Shown here piece by piece: positions 9,557-18,285 of a stretch of DNA of 64,000 bases. Under the pieces are notes generated by a model. It was not told where the DNA came from. It saw nothing but the letters and a program-made list of their open reading frames with translations, and ran no database searches. The DNA lies in IMG/VR virus record IMGVR_UViG_3300040801_004114; one strand, written 5' to 3'. Source of the stretch: a virus. The stretch's first letter is position 1. Each line of letters starts with the position of its first letter. The position numbers and the translations under genes are program-made.

Positions 9557-10033
9557 ATGAAAAAATATATTAAAACTAGCATAAAAGACTTCATAAACGA
9601 AAACGTTCAAAGGAATAACAGGGATGTCATTTTAGTTGATGAACATGGAAAAAATATAGTCTATGATAGCGGAAACTACCGAATTGCAGTTGATGATCCA
9701 AAAAGTGCTAGGTATATAACACTTTGGTATAAAGAAGATGAAAACAAATGGGTTAAAGTAGGTGTTTTAGATGCTAGTAAAACCTATAGAAAATTAGGCA
9801 AATATGATGGTGACTTTTTATCTATCAGATCAATAGAAATAGACAAAAAGCATAGAAAGTTAGGTTTGTCAACTTTGATGTATAGAGCCTTAATTGATTT
9901 TAGTGATAAAGATGTAATCGGAATATTTTCCTACCTTCCAGATAGGGTTAACAAAAGAGAAATTCCTAATATTTATTCTAAATTTGATGCTGTAACAGAC
10001 GAAGACTATCAATATATAATTTTTAAAAAGTAA
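9557..10033 (+). CDS. GNAT-family acetyltransferase with capsid-targeting-like N-terminus
   Basis: Motif A IEIDKKHRKLGLSTLMY; N-terminus MKKYIKTSIKDFINE. Confidence 0.65.
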   Translation: MKKYIKTSIKDFINENVQRNNRDVILVDEHGKNIVYDSGNYRIAVDDPKSARYITLWYKEDENKWVKVGVLDASKTYRKLGKYDGDFLSIRSIEIDKKHRKLGLSTLMYRALIDFSDKDVIGIFSYLPDRVNKREIPNIYSKFDAVTDEDYQYIIFKK

Positions 10034-10037
10034 AAAA

Positions 10038-10307
10038 ATGAGTTCTAAAAGAGTAGAAAATTATCGTGGTGATATTAAATGGGTAAATGAGGATGGTGAG
10101 CTACATAGGCTAGATGGTCCTGCTTATATATCAAGCGATGGAAAAGATAAAGAATGGTGGGTTAATGGATTCCCACATAGGTTAGATGGTCCTGCTTTGG
10201 AATGGGATTCATCAGACACCAAACAATATTATATTGAAGGTGAAAAGGTTAAGGAAGAAAATTTTCTGGAATTATCTAGAAAAAAGAAACTTAAAGATAT
10301 CCTTTAA
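10038..10307 (+). CDS. LHRxDGPA-repeat protein
   Basis: Two HRLDGPA units with W spacers; ends RKKKLKDIL. Confidence 0.8.
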   Translation: MSSKRVENYRGDIKWVNEDGELHRLDGPAYISSDGKDKEWWVNGFPHRLDGPALEWDSSDTKQYYIEGEKVKEENFLELSRKKKLKDIL

Positions 10308-10400
10308 TTTAAAACACTTACATTTTTCACAAAAACAAGATTCACATAACATACGTGGTGTTGTTTTTATTATTTTATCTTTATCTATTTTTAATTTCAT
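10272..10400 (-). CDS. Cys-rich microprotein (42 aa)
   Basis: MKLKIDKDKIIKTTPRMLCESCFCEKCKCFKLKDIFKFLFSR; ATG 3 nt after the stop of 10403..10588. Confidence 0.4.
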   Translation of the reverse strand: MKLKIDKDKIIKTTPRMLCESCFCEKCKCFKLKDIFKFLFSR

Positions 10401-10402
10401 CT

Positions 10403-10588
10403 TTAAAGTCTTTTACTCATGATTAGAACTAATAAAGATATAGGAAATCCGATAAAAATCATCAAGACTAACCAATCTTCTAAACCAGTAACATTTTCAT
10501 TAAGACAAGCACCTAATGAACATAGTAGAAAAACTATAATAAAACCAAACCAATTTAGTTCTTTGATTTTACTACGTATGTTTTTCAT
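10403..10588 (-). CDS. Small two-TM membrane protein
   Basis: 61 aa, two hydrophobic segments. Confidence 0.6.
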   Translation of the reverse strand: MKNIRSKIKELNWFGFIIVFLLCSLGACLNENVTGLEDWLVLMIFIGFPISLLVLIMSKRL

Positions 10589-10621
10589 ATTTCTTTACTG
10601 TGTTTTCTTTATTTTATTATA

Positions 10622-10876
10622 TCAAAAATTTCTCCAAAGTTTGATATGTGATCTTTTTTTTGTTGATTCGTTTTTGGTATCATCAATCTCAAATTTGATA
10701 TCAGATTTTTCTACTTCACCATCTACTATATCCCTTATAGTGTTATATAAATCAACACTGTCGCTAGATATATTAGCTATCGGTATAACGAACTCGGGTT
10801 TTAAATTAAACTCATCACATATCCTCTCAATAACCTTATCGTCAATTTTATTCTTATTTTCGGATTTTTCTGACAT
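10622..10876 (-). CDS. Hypothetical protein ending in a CTS-like motif
   Basis: 84 aa; ends NESTKKRSHIKLWRNF; late-type motif at 10895-10904. Confidence 0.65.
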   Translation of the reverse strand: MSEKSENKNKIDDKVIERICDEFNLKPEFVIPIANISSDSVDLYNTIRDIVDGEVEKSDIKFEIDDTKNESTKKRSHIKLWRNF

Positions 10877-10972
10877 TTCTAATTTTATTTATAATATATA
10901 TTAAATATTGAAAACAAAAAATTAAAATATACTATAACTAATCACAATAATTATTCACATAAAAATAAATAA

Positions 10973-11155
10973 ATGATAAAAAAACCAGAAGAAATGATCG
11001 AATTCACTTATGTATGTACTTTTTGCGACTCAAAGGTTAAAGAGTCCAATTTAGCTTACACAGAAGATTATGAGCCTAGTCATAAGCAGTGTCTAGAAAG
11101 TTTTGAAAACCACTGGGACGAAAGGGAAGAAGCACTCGATTTATTAGGTTGGTAA
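10973..11155 (+). CDS. Small putative zinc-binding protein
   Basis: CTFC...HKQC. Confidence 0.55.
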   Translation: MIKKPEEMIEFTYVCTFCDSKVKESNLAYTEDYEPSHKQCLESFENHWDEREEALDLLGW

Positions 11156-11863
11156 TTAATCTAATAACTGCTGAGCTAAGTCTTTCCACTTTTGGGGGTA
11201 ATTATACCTTAAACTAGCTATTATACCCAAAGCTCTCATAGTTATATCAAATTTGTCCTTGTTATCATGTAGATACTCAAGGGCATCTTCTTTTATATCC
11301 ATACTAAAATCTTTTTCTACGAATTTAAGTATAGAATACATTCTGGCTATTTTCTCATCATCAGTCATAGATAAATCAACAACCATACTTCTTGATAGTA
11401 TTGCTTGATCTATATCTGATTTGTCTAAATTAGATATGAATATAACTGATCCTGTAAAATCAAAGTTAGGTGGATATTTATCATTCTTTTGTAATTTAGC
11501 GTTCCAACTAACTGTTCTCACATCGTCAGAATCAAGAGCAGGTTTGAATAGTCCTATACTTATTTTGTTTTCTAAAACGGCATCACAATCATCGAATATG
11601 ATAAGGGAATCCTTATTGTCGTATAAAGTTTCGTATAAACCTCGGGCAGTAGAGTAACCCTTTACTGTTTTTACACCTTTTTCATCGATGCCCATACTTT
11701 TGATGGTCTGGCTAACATTAAACGTTTTTCCTAAACCACCTTTACCAACTATTATCATAGAAGGTCTTTGACCTGATGCTACCATAGCAACAACAGTTCT
11801 TAGTGTTTTAAATCTTTCGTCAGTTTCTTTAGATAGTCTTTCTAACTTTTGTTTATCCATCAA
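11156..11863 (-). CDS. P-loop AAA+-type ATPase
   Basis: Walker A GKGGLGKT, Walker B LIIFDDCD, sensor-like FISN, AILSR. Confidence 0.8.
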   Translation of the reverse strand: MMDKQKLERLSKETDERFKTLRTVVAMVASGQRPSMIIVGKGGLGKTFNVSQTIKSMGIDEKGVKTVKGYSTARGLYETLYDNKDSLIIFDDCDAVLENKISIGLFKPALDSDDVRTVSWNAKLQKNDKYPPNFDFTGSVIFISNLDKSDIDQAILSRSMVVDLSMTDDEKIARMYSILKFVEKDFSMDIKEDALEYLHDNKDKFDITMRALGIIASLRYNYPQKWKDLAQQLLD

Positions 11864-11919
11864 ATATACTTAGTTTAGTATATATATTAAAAAGAGTTTA
11901 TTACTTTTTAAAGATAGAT

Positions 11920-12111
11920 CTAGTCTAAAACTTCATGTCCTTTTTTGATGAGTATCTTTGTTAATTTGGTACGTGAATCATTTTCACTAGTTCCATATTT
12001 TACAACACCAGGTGTTCCTACCTTACCACCATCATGTTTGTTCCAATCTACTATGGATATCCAAGTGTTTTCAGCTTCGCTTAACTTTCGTGATAATATG
12101 CTTAATTTCAT
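11920..12111 (-). CDS. Hypothetical protein
   Basis: 63 aa ORF in minus-strand operon. Confidence 0.55.
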   Translation of the reverse strand: MKLSILSRKLSEAENTWISIVDWNKHDGGKVGTPGVVKYGTSENDSRTKLTKILIKKGHEVLD

Positions 12112-12113
12112 AA

Positions 12114-12392
12114 TTATTTATTTTTCTTTTGAGTTTTTAGAAGATTTACAATATTTTCTAAATCAGATAATGAAGTATACCCATCATAATCATAATTTCT
12201 AAGCACAATAATATCTTCTATTTTCTTAAAATCATCAGCATCATGGTTAGATATAAATATCATCTCATTTGGTGTTGAAGGTGAGCTAATATCAATAGTT
12301 CTATCTCTACCAATATCTATTGTATAAGAATCTAGAAATAGATGTTTAACTTTACTAAACCCAATACTTACTAAATCATTTCCTTTAATCAT
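12114..12392 (-). CDS. Hypothetical protein
   Basis: 92 aa ORF in minus-strand operon. Confidence 0.65.
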   Translation of the reverse strand: MIKGNDLVSIGFSKVKHLFLDSYTIDIGRDRTIDISSPSTPNEMIFISNHDADDFKKIEDIIVLRNYDYDGYTSLSDLENIVNLLKTQKKNK

Positions 12393-12528
12393 CTTTAGTT
12401 TTTTTATAAAGTTTTAATAATTTACAGACTTCGCTATAATGGTAATAAGTACCATCATTACCTTCCACACCCTTTGCATTATCTAATACAAAGTCACCGA
12501 TTGGTTTTTCTATTTTTTTAGATTCCAT
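12385..12528 (-). CDS. Small hypothetical protein (47 aa)
   Basis: Manual translation MESKKIEKPIGDFVLDNAKG...; TATATTTG at 12543-12550. Confidence 0.55.
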   Translation of the reverse strand: MESKKIEKPIGDFVLDNAKGVEGNDGTYYHYSEVCKLLKLYKKTKDD

Positions 12529-12552
12529 TTTAATATTTTATCCAAATATAGT

Positions 12553-12885
12553 TTAAAAATATGAGACTACAAAATACATCCATATAAAATGAAAGACTTG
12601 ATCAACTATAAAATGACCCCAGGGTAATGTATTCATTTTTAATTCAGATTGAAATGAGCCAAATATTTTACACCACCATTTAACGAATCCTGATCTATCT
12701 TGAATCCAATGTTGAATGTATATGAGTATTATTTGAAAAGAGCTTAACTCTGTTAGTAAAAAAGGCAAAATGTAGAGTGTTACATGCACAGTGCATATTA
12801 AACTACTTTTTTTCTTACCAACTGCCATCCAATCATTCTGTAAAAGAAAATCTCCTATGAAATGTGCAAGTACGTATGGTATCAT
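12553..12885 (-). CDS. DUF3307-like membrane protein
   Basis: LAHFIGDFLLQNDWMA, HVTLY, HWIQD, VDQVFH. Confidence 0.75.
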   Translation of the reverse strand: MIPYVLAHFIGDFLLQNDWMAVGKKKSSLICTVHVTLYILPFLLTELSSFQIILIYIQHWIQDRSGFVKWWCKIFGSFQSELKMNTLPWGHFIVDQVFHFIWMYFVVSYF

Positions 12886-13181
12886 AATTCTTTAATTACT
12901 TTCATTCTCTGAGCTAGTACCCAAGTCCCACCTTGTGATTCTGGTCTCTTATAGTATTCATAATCATCAATATCTACCTCTATCCACACTCTATCCTTTT
13001 CTGAAAGATGCGGTGCATTAGGCGTTAGACAACAATGCCATCCTTTTCTGTATGCAAAACCTTTGGTCGGGTGTGATTCTGCATCCATCCAAACATTTTT
13101 ATCAAGTCTTATTTTCTTATTAATGAAGAGTGGTGCTATAGTCCCATCTTTCATCTTTCTAACTAATTTATATGCTTTCAT
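12882..13181 (-). CDS. Hypothetical phage protein
   Basis: 99 aa; HPTKGFAYRKGWHC...RPESQGGTWVLA. Confidence 0.7.
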   Translation of the reverse strand: MKAYKLVRKMKDGTIAPLFINKKIRLDKNVWMDAESHPTKGFAYRKGWHCCLTPNAPHLSEKDRVWIEVDIDDYEYYKRPESQGGTWVLAQRMKVIKEL

Positions 13182-13226
13182 CCCTATTATATTTAAAAGT
13201 CAAAAAAAGTTCAAAAGTTAAAGAAA

Positions 13227-13248
13227 CCCTAGGCTTTTAAACCTAGGG
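13227..13248 (-). terminator. Intrinsic terminator
   Basis: CCCTAGG-8nt-CCTAGGG followed by a T-rich run on the minus strand. Confidence 0.6.
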
Positions 13249-13259
13249 ATAACTACACC

Positions 13260-13505
13260 TTATAAAAGGTACGTCTCAACAATAAGCTTTATTACATAAA
13301 AAATAAAAGGTGAAATAAAAGAAATTGGAGAAAACTTGGTAGATTTCTTTTCCTTTCTTTTTCCTTTCACCTTTTTACTATCTAGTTCCTTAATGCTGAT
13401 TTCTACATCTAACATACCTGAAACTTCTGATAAGTTTTTAGTAATTTTAGCCTTTGCTGCTCCAATACATTTCAAAGCATAGCTTCTTTCACTTTTTTTA
13501 ACCAT
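13260..13505 (-). CDS. Hypothetical protein with C-terminal hydrophobic tail
   Basis: 81 aa; promoter-like element at 13534-13541 and hairpin at 13227-13248. Confidence 0.55.
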   Translation of the reverse strand: MVKKSERSYALKCIGAAKAKITKNLSEVSGMLDVEISIKELDSKKVKGKRKEKKSTKFSPISFISPFIFYVIKLIVETYLL

Positions 13506-13612
13506 AAAAATAGGGATTTAAGTTAATAATACTCAAATATACGCATAATATATGGATAAACAATACATGATTTAGTTAAATATATGTTAAATTTTTTGCT
13601 ATGTATTTTTCT

Positions 13613-13894
13613 TTACTTAATTTGGTAGGTTATTTGCCCCATATTCAAAGAAGTAAATCTACCATCCATGTACTTATTATAGACACTAAGTGGTATTGAC
13701 ACCTCTGCATCTTTCCAATTTTCACCACCACTTAATGATATTCTAGCATCCCACATTACCACTTTATCATTTAATACTGGTGTCTCTTCCTTAAGGACAC
13801 AGGTAAATATATTATCAGATGATGGGTTTTCGTACATTCTTTGCTTTTCCCAAGAGTTTATAACTTCTTTATTTAGTTCTATAAGCTTATCCAT
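13613..13894 (-). CDS. Hypothetical protein
   Basis: 93 aa; TATATA motif upstream. Confidence 0.65.
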   Translation of the reverse strand: MDKLIELNKEVINSWEKQRMYENPSSDNIFTCVLKEETPVLNDKVVMWDARISLSGGENWKDAEVSIPLSVYNKYMDGRFTSLNMGQITYQIK

Positions 13895-13977
13895 TATTTT
13901 TTATTTTATATATAAAAACAGTCTATATCGTTTTGTTAAATACTGACTTTATTTTCTGCATTGCCCTATATATAGCT

Positions 13978-13985
13978 TAATTTTG
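13978..13985 (+). promoter_or_regulatory. Bacteroidota sigma -7 element TAnnTTTG
   Basis: TAATTTTG upstream of 14000. Confidence 0.5.
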
Positions 13986-13999
13986 TAATAAAAAATACT

Positions 14000-14401
14000 A
14001 TGATAGTTGAGAAAACAGTTTCTAAAGATGGAACTAAAAGATGGAGATTAATGAATGGTAAATTACATAGAGAAGATGGTCCTGCCGTGATTTACGAAGA
14101 TGGAACTAGAAAATGGTACAGGCAAGGTGTTCTTCATAGAGAAGATGGTCCTGCAATAATGGAGAGAAATGGATCACAGGCTTGGTATAACAAAGGAAAA
14201 TTACACCGAGAAGGCGGTCCTGCTATACACACATCTAATGGAAATAAGATTTGGTACGTAAATGGTGTAAAACACAGGATAAGCGGTCCTGCTGAACTTT
14301 TACTAGGTGGTATTAAAAAATACTGGTTAGAAGGTAAACCGATAGATAAACAAAGATTCAGATCTATATCCAGAAAATACAAAATAGAAAATTGTATATA
14401 A
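14000..14401 (+). CDS. LHRxDGPA-repeat protein
   Basis: Four HR[E/I]xGPA units about 22 aa apart; ends RKYKIENCI. Confidence 0.8.
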   Translation: MIVEKTVSKDGTKRWRLMNGKLHREDGPAVIYEDGTRKWYRQGVLHREDGPAIMERNGSQAWYNKGKLHREGGPAIHTSNGNKIWYVNGVKHRISGPAELLLGGIKKYWLEGKPIDKQRFRSISRKYKIENCI

Positions 14402-14437
14402 AATATAAAGGCTTAAAGTTTTAATATATAATGTGTT

Positions 14438-14692
14438 ATGAAAAAATATATACTTACATCCACGAACGAAAACTTTACTAAATTTCAACAAATAGAAAAA
14501 GATAATGAAATACCTAATCAAAGAACTATAATAAATAAATATTTAATTATTAATAGAATTGAAGAAAGTAAAGCAGAATATTATATCCACAATACTAATA
14601 CTGAAAGGTTAAATAAAGTAAGTGTTAATAATGGAGATCTTAAGTGCGGATCTAATGGGGATATAATAAGTGAATTACCAAAAATAAAATAA
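14438..14692 (+). CDS. DUF3892-like protein, divergent paralog of the next gene
   Basis: MK-YIL...EYY...V.V...L...D.ISELP aligns by eye to 14697..14951. Confidence 0.55.
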   Translation: MKKYILTSTNENFTKFQQIEKDNEIPNQRTIINKYLIINRIEESKAEYYIHNTNTERLNKVSVNNGDLKCGSNGDIISELPKIK

Positions 14693-14696
14693 ACCT

Positions 14697-14951
14697 ATGA
14701 AATACATACTTGTAAACAGAAACGAAGCAACCAATGTTTTTAGAATTGTCGAAGAAAGTAATACTAGTGGTGGTGAAATAGTATCAGAGGCTGAAATGAT
14801 AGACCGTGTTAAAAATGATGAACATGAGTATTACACAATAAATACAGGTGACGATTCATTGACCGAAGTTGTTGTTATTAATGATAAGGAACTTAGGTCA
14901 GTTCCCAACGATACAGAAATTGATAATATATCTAGACTACCAAGAATATAA
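14697..14951 (+). CDS. DUF3892-like protein
   Basis: C-terminal LRSVPNDTEIDNISRLP matches the DUF3892 pattern LRT.pD....NL..LP. Confidence 0.65.
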   Translation: MKYILVNRNEATNVFRIVEESNTSGGEIVSEAEMIDRVKNDEHEYYTINTGDDSLTEVVVINDKELRSVPNDTEIDNISRLPRI

Positions 14952-14985
14952 AAAAAACCCCAATTAAGTTAATTGGAGTTTTTTT
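14951..14985. terminator. Bidirectional intrinsic terminator
   Basis: A7-CCCCAATT-loop-AATTGGAG-T7 between convergent genes. Confidence 0.75.
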
Positions 14986-15003
14986 GTCTGAGAAAATTAC
15001 AAA

Positions 15004-15276
15004 TTAAAAATTAACAATAAGTATTCTTTTACCAGAGTTAATATTGTATTCACCTTCTAATTCTGATTGGTGCATCCACATGTGGTTAGATCCAAATCCA
15101 ACATCAAAATATTTTACATGTTTGTAAGGTAGTGATGTAGCTACATTTTTCTTTAATTCATCTAAGTCCTTAGAAGATGTTATAGCATCTAATAAGTGGT
15201 TAAAAGAGCATAACATTTCTTCATTTTTTCTTTTGTTTACTAAGAAAGATAGTGGGTTTTCGATAACTGGTTTCAT
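15004..15276 (-). CDS. Hypothetical protein
   Basis: 90 aa; TATATTTG at 15302-15309. Confidence 0.65.
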   Translation of the reverse strand: MKPVIENPLSFLVNKRKNEEMLCSFNHLLDAITSSKDLDELKKNVATSLPYKHVKYFDVGFGSNHMWMHQSELEGEYNINSGKRILIVNF

Positions 15277-15359
15277 TATTTAGTGTTTAAATTGTTCATC
15301 ACAAATATAACATTTTTAATAATAGTACACAAGATATAATGGCACAAATATTAAACATT

Positions 15360-15578
15360 TTATTTAGAATCACCATCATCTTCATCATCGCTATTCATGA
15401 GTTCTTTTAACTCAAATGAGTTATGACCTTTCATACATTCTAACATTGCTGCATTTATTTCAGTGTATGTTATATCATATTCTTCTTCCTCACAGATTTC
15501 ATCGATAGCCTTATCAATAGCAATCTTCAGTTTCGAAATTCTTTTTCTGTATTTAAGTTGCTTTCCGTGAACAATCAT
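15360..15578 (-). CDS. Hypothetical protein
   Basis: 72 aa ORF in minus-strand operon. Confidence 0.6.
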   Translation of the reverse strand: MIVHGKQLKYRKRISKLKIAIDKAIDEICEEEEYDITYTEINAAMLECMKGHNSFELKELMNSDDEDDGDSK

Positions 15579-15579
15579 C

Positions 15580-15732
15580 TTATGTGGTCTTATAGATTTT
15601 ACTAATTTTACATTCTTCTAGCTTCTGTTCATAACTATCAGTTATCTTACCAATAGTATACCCAAATAAAAGTGAGTATAACACCATAGTAAAGGCTACA
15701 ATGAGTAACGTTTTTCTGTCAGATTTTTTCAT
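15580..15732 (-). CDS. Small single-TM protein (50 aa)
   Basis: Manual translation MKKSDRKTLLIVAFTMVLYSLLFGYTIG... Confidence 0.55.
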   Translation of the reverse strand: MKKSDRKTLLIVAFTMVLYSLLFGYTIGKITDSYEQKLEECKISKIYKTT

Positions 15733-15743
15733 AGTTTTATTTT

Positions 15744-15989
15744 CTACGAATATACGAAAAATAATTCATATATGAATAGTAAAATAGGAATAAATACTGT
15801 TGCATAAAAATCATGCACATCAGGTGTTCCTCTACCCATCCATTTATCCCACACTATTTCCTTACCACCTGCTATTATAAAAGTTAGTATCAAAGCTAAT
15901 AAAGAACCGATAACATGTGTACTAGAAGAGTATATAAGGATACCTAATACTATATGCATTTTTTTATCTATCTCTAAATATCTTCTCAT
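15744..15989 (-). CDS. Small membrane protein
   Basis: DKKMH...GKEIVWD...G.PD..DFYAT; three hydrophobic segments. Confidence 0.65.
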   Translation of the reverse strand: MRRYLEIDKKMHIVLGILIYSSSTHVIGSLLALILTFIIAGGKEIVWDKWMGRGTPDVHDFYATVFIPILLFIYELFFVYS

Positions 15990-15990
15990 G

Positions 15991-16257
15991 TTAAAACAAT
16001 AAAGTTATAAGAAATACTAAAGCAGGTGGAAGCACAAATGCGAAATATAAACTTGGTCTCCAAGTCTGATCGTATATAACTATTTCTTTTTTGAATATAG
16101 AATGTATAATACTTATAATTATACCTACTATAACTGTTCCAGCGACAGCGTTTGCGAATGAGATGAATATAGATATTAGAAAAAATGTAGCAAGACCTAA
16201 AACTACTGAGTATAATTTAGATCTTCTCCAAAGTCTATCGAATATTAATTTAATCAT
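15991..16257 (-). CDS. Small membrane protein
   Basis: 88 aa, three hydrophobic segments. Confidence 0.6.
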   Translation of the reverse strand: MIKLIFDRLWRRSKLYSVVLGLATFFLISIFISFANAVAGTVIVGIIISIIHSIFKKEIVIYDQTWRPSLYFAFVLPPALVFLITLLF

Positions 16258-16304
16258 AATAATTTTTTATTTTAACTTATATATTAAAATAAAAAATATC
16301 ACTT

Positions 16305-16619
16305 TTAACACATATTTTCTATCTCACATTGGAATATAAACACTTTCTCTCTCAACCATTTAGTATCACCTCTGTGTTGTGATTCGTTATCACAAAAGTC
16401 TTTTATAAGTAACTCTACTCTCTTTTTTTGACCTCCGTCTAAATTATCATTACCAAATACATCTGGATGAAAATAGTCCATATAACAATGGGCGCATCCT
16501 ATTTCTTGGAACATCAAATTTCTTAAAGGTTCAGCTTTTTTTGGCAAGTGTGAATATGTTGAGTCATCATCTAAGTCAACTTCAATATTTTCTAGACCTC
16601 TTATATTAAATTTTCTCAT
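16305..16619 (-). CDS. Hypothetical protein
   Basis: 104 aa ORF. Confidence 0.65.
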   Translation of the reverse strand: MRKFNIRGLENIEVDLDDDSTYSHLPKKAEPLRNLMFQEIGCAHCYMDYFHPDVFGNDNLDGGQKKRVELLIKDFCDNESQHRGDTKWLREKVFIFQCEIENMC

Positions 16620-16625
16620 AACTTT

Positions 16626-16799
16626 TTACCATTTACTTGGATTGTCTATAGTCATTGTATAACCACAACATTTGGGGTAGCCATTTTTCAAAGCATTTGA
16701 AGATTTTATATTCTTCTTCGCCCCACATTCTCTGCACCAAACGTCACCACTTTTAAGTGATGGGTGCGAATTTGCTATGTCAGTATAAACACTATTCAT
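16626..16799 (-). CDS. Small zinc-ribbon-like protein (57 aa)
   Basis: Manual translation MNSVYTD...VWCRECG...GYPKCCGYTMTID. Confidence 0.6.
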   Translation of the reverse strand: MNSVYTDIANSHPSLKSGDVWCRECGAKKNIKSSNALKNGYPKCCGYTMTIDNPSKW

Positions 16800-16998
16800 T
16801 TACTATCCATCTATTTAAAAGCTTAGCATCCATAGTAGGTAAAAAATCGGCATCACCCATATCATCTACTGGAACTTCAAAATTTACACGCCCTTGTTCT
16901 AAATCGGCATAGTAATAAGCTACACCCTTTCTTATAAATCTAATTGATGCATCAGGCTTTTGTTTATATAATTCTTTTTTTATTTCTGTTGTTGTCAT
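16792..16998 (-). CDS. Hypothetical phage protein
   Basis: 68 aa; EIKKELYKQKP...FEVPVDDMGDADF. Confidence 0.7.
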   Translation of the reverse strand: MTTTEIKKELYKQKPDASIRFIRKGVAYYYADLEQGRVNFEVPVDDMGDADFLPTMDAKLLNRWIVNE

Positions 16999-17038
16999 GT
17001 TTCTTATTTTTAAGTTATATTAATAATGTTTAAAAAGT

Positions 17039-17266
17039 TTATTTTAAAGACTGGATTATCCAACCATGTATTTCAATATATCTTTTTTCATCCAACCGTT
17101 CAGAAAATTTTAAACCATGTTTAGACAATAATTTAAATGACAGTCCTTTGCCAAATATTCTAAACCACCCACTTTTATCATCGTAATAAAGATAAAATAA
17201 ATTATAACCTAGTATATTTATTTTTTTAACTAACACTTTATCTAAGGTAAGGATGTAAAACCTCAA
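17039..17266 (-). CDS. Hypothetical protein (start uncertain)
   Basis: 75 aa ORF with non-ATG start overlapping the upstream gene. Confidence 0.5.
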   Translation of the reverse strand: MRFYILTLDKVLVKKINILGYNLFYLYYDDKSGWFRIFGKGLSFKLLSKHGLKFSERLDEKRYIEIHGWIIQSLK

Positions 17267-17552
17267 GGCTATCTATTTTGACTTCTTCCCAAATTATATT
17301 TCTATTCCAGTTAGAATTAACAAGGATTTGTCTACAATATAATTTGATTCCAGATTCCCGAAGCTCGGATATAACATCTTCCATCTCTTCATCACTCATA
17401 TTATTCGAGCTTTTAGCATTTTTGGTTATGAAGTCAGCTACTTGTGAGCTTTCGTTTTTATCACATACATAACACCTTGTTTTCTTATCAGAGCAAGATA
17501 TTAAAACCAATCCTAATATTGCAATAAGTAATAAATTTTTAATTTTCATCAT
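17238..17552 (-). CDS. Lipoprotein
   Basis: Signal peptide II with lipobox LISC (MMKIKNLLLIAILGLVLISC-SDKK). Confidence 0.7.
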   Translation of the reverse strand: MMKIKNLLLIAILGLVLISCSDKKTRCYVCDKNESSQVADFITKNAKSSNNMSDEEMEDVISELRESGIKLYCRQILVNSNWNRNIIWEEVKIDSLEVLHPYLR

Positions 17553-17713
17553 GATATTTTTATATTAACGTCTTCTATTAATTCTTTTCTTCTCATAGTA
17601 TGATCTCTTAAAACACAACCAACTAAGACAATATGCTTTTTTCCTTGATAGTAAAAACCCTTAGGATATAATACTTCATCACCTATCGTGGCTTCAAATT
17701 CATACTTTTTCAT
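17549..17713 (-). CDS. Small hypothetical protein (54 aa)
   Basis: Manual translation MKKYEFEATIGDEVLYPKG...; 4-nt overlaps with both neighbours. Confidence 0.6.
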   Translation of the reverse strand: MKKYEFEATIGDEVLYPKGFYYQGKKHIVLVGCVLRDHTMRRKELIEDVNIKIS

Positions 17714-17958
17714 AATTTTGTTTCTATGACCTTGTGACCCCTTTTTATTAACTTTTCAATGTGGTTGTTTAGTTTCTCTTTTGCTTCTTCTTCTTTTTTA
17801 CTCAAATCATTAGCATCTAAGCTCCAATCATATCCAACATTAAAACGTTTAAAACGTTTGAATCCCAACCAACTATCTTTGAGTAAGTCATAATATACGA
17901 ACCCATCTAAAGTTCTTACTTTTGACCACTTATAAGTTTTTTTATTTTTCTCACTCAT
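17710..17958 (-). CDS. Hypothetical protein
   Basis: 82 aa ORF. Confidence 0.6.
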   Translation of the reverse strand: MSEKNKKTYKWSKVRTLDGFVYYDLLKDSWLGFKRFKRFNVGYDWSLDANDLSKKEEEAKEKLNNHIEKLIKRGHKVIETKL

Positions 17959-17976
17959 ATCTTATATATTTCTGAT

Positions 17977-18231
17977 TTAATCCTCATCTGCATAAAGTTT
18001 AACAAAAGGATCTAGTTTTATTTCCTTCACTAACTTATAATGAGATTCCTTTGGATGTGAATCTAAAAGATTTCTAATGACTTTGGTATCATTAAGAATA
18101 AACCCACCAGTCATAAATTCCATCCCATCAACTCTTATAAGCTTCATACTATTGTTTCTGCTTACTTTATTAGCAACTAATTCAACTAGTTCATAACCAT
18201 TTGAGTTTTGTGATACATGTAGTACATTCAT
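17977..18231 (-). CDS. Hypothetical protein
   Basis: 84 aa; TATATTTG at 18263-18270. Confidence 0.65.
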   Translation of the reverse strand: MNVLHVSQNSNGYELVELVANKVSRNNSMKLIRVDGMEFMTGGFILNDTKVIRNLLDSHPKESHYKLVKEIKLDPFVKLYADED

Positions 18232-18285
18232 AATATAATTGTTTTAATTAATTTTAGGTTAGCAAATATATAATTTTTTTTGAAT

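Noticed and set aside
10038-14401. LHRxDGPA proteins as toxin-antitoxin (YwqK-like) antitoxins
   Set aside because: No adjacent toxin gene was found. The repeat alone does not imply TA function.
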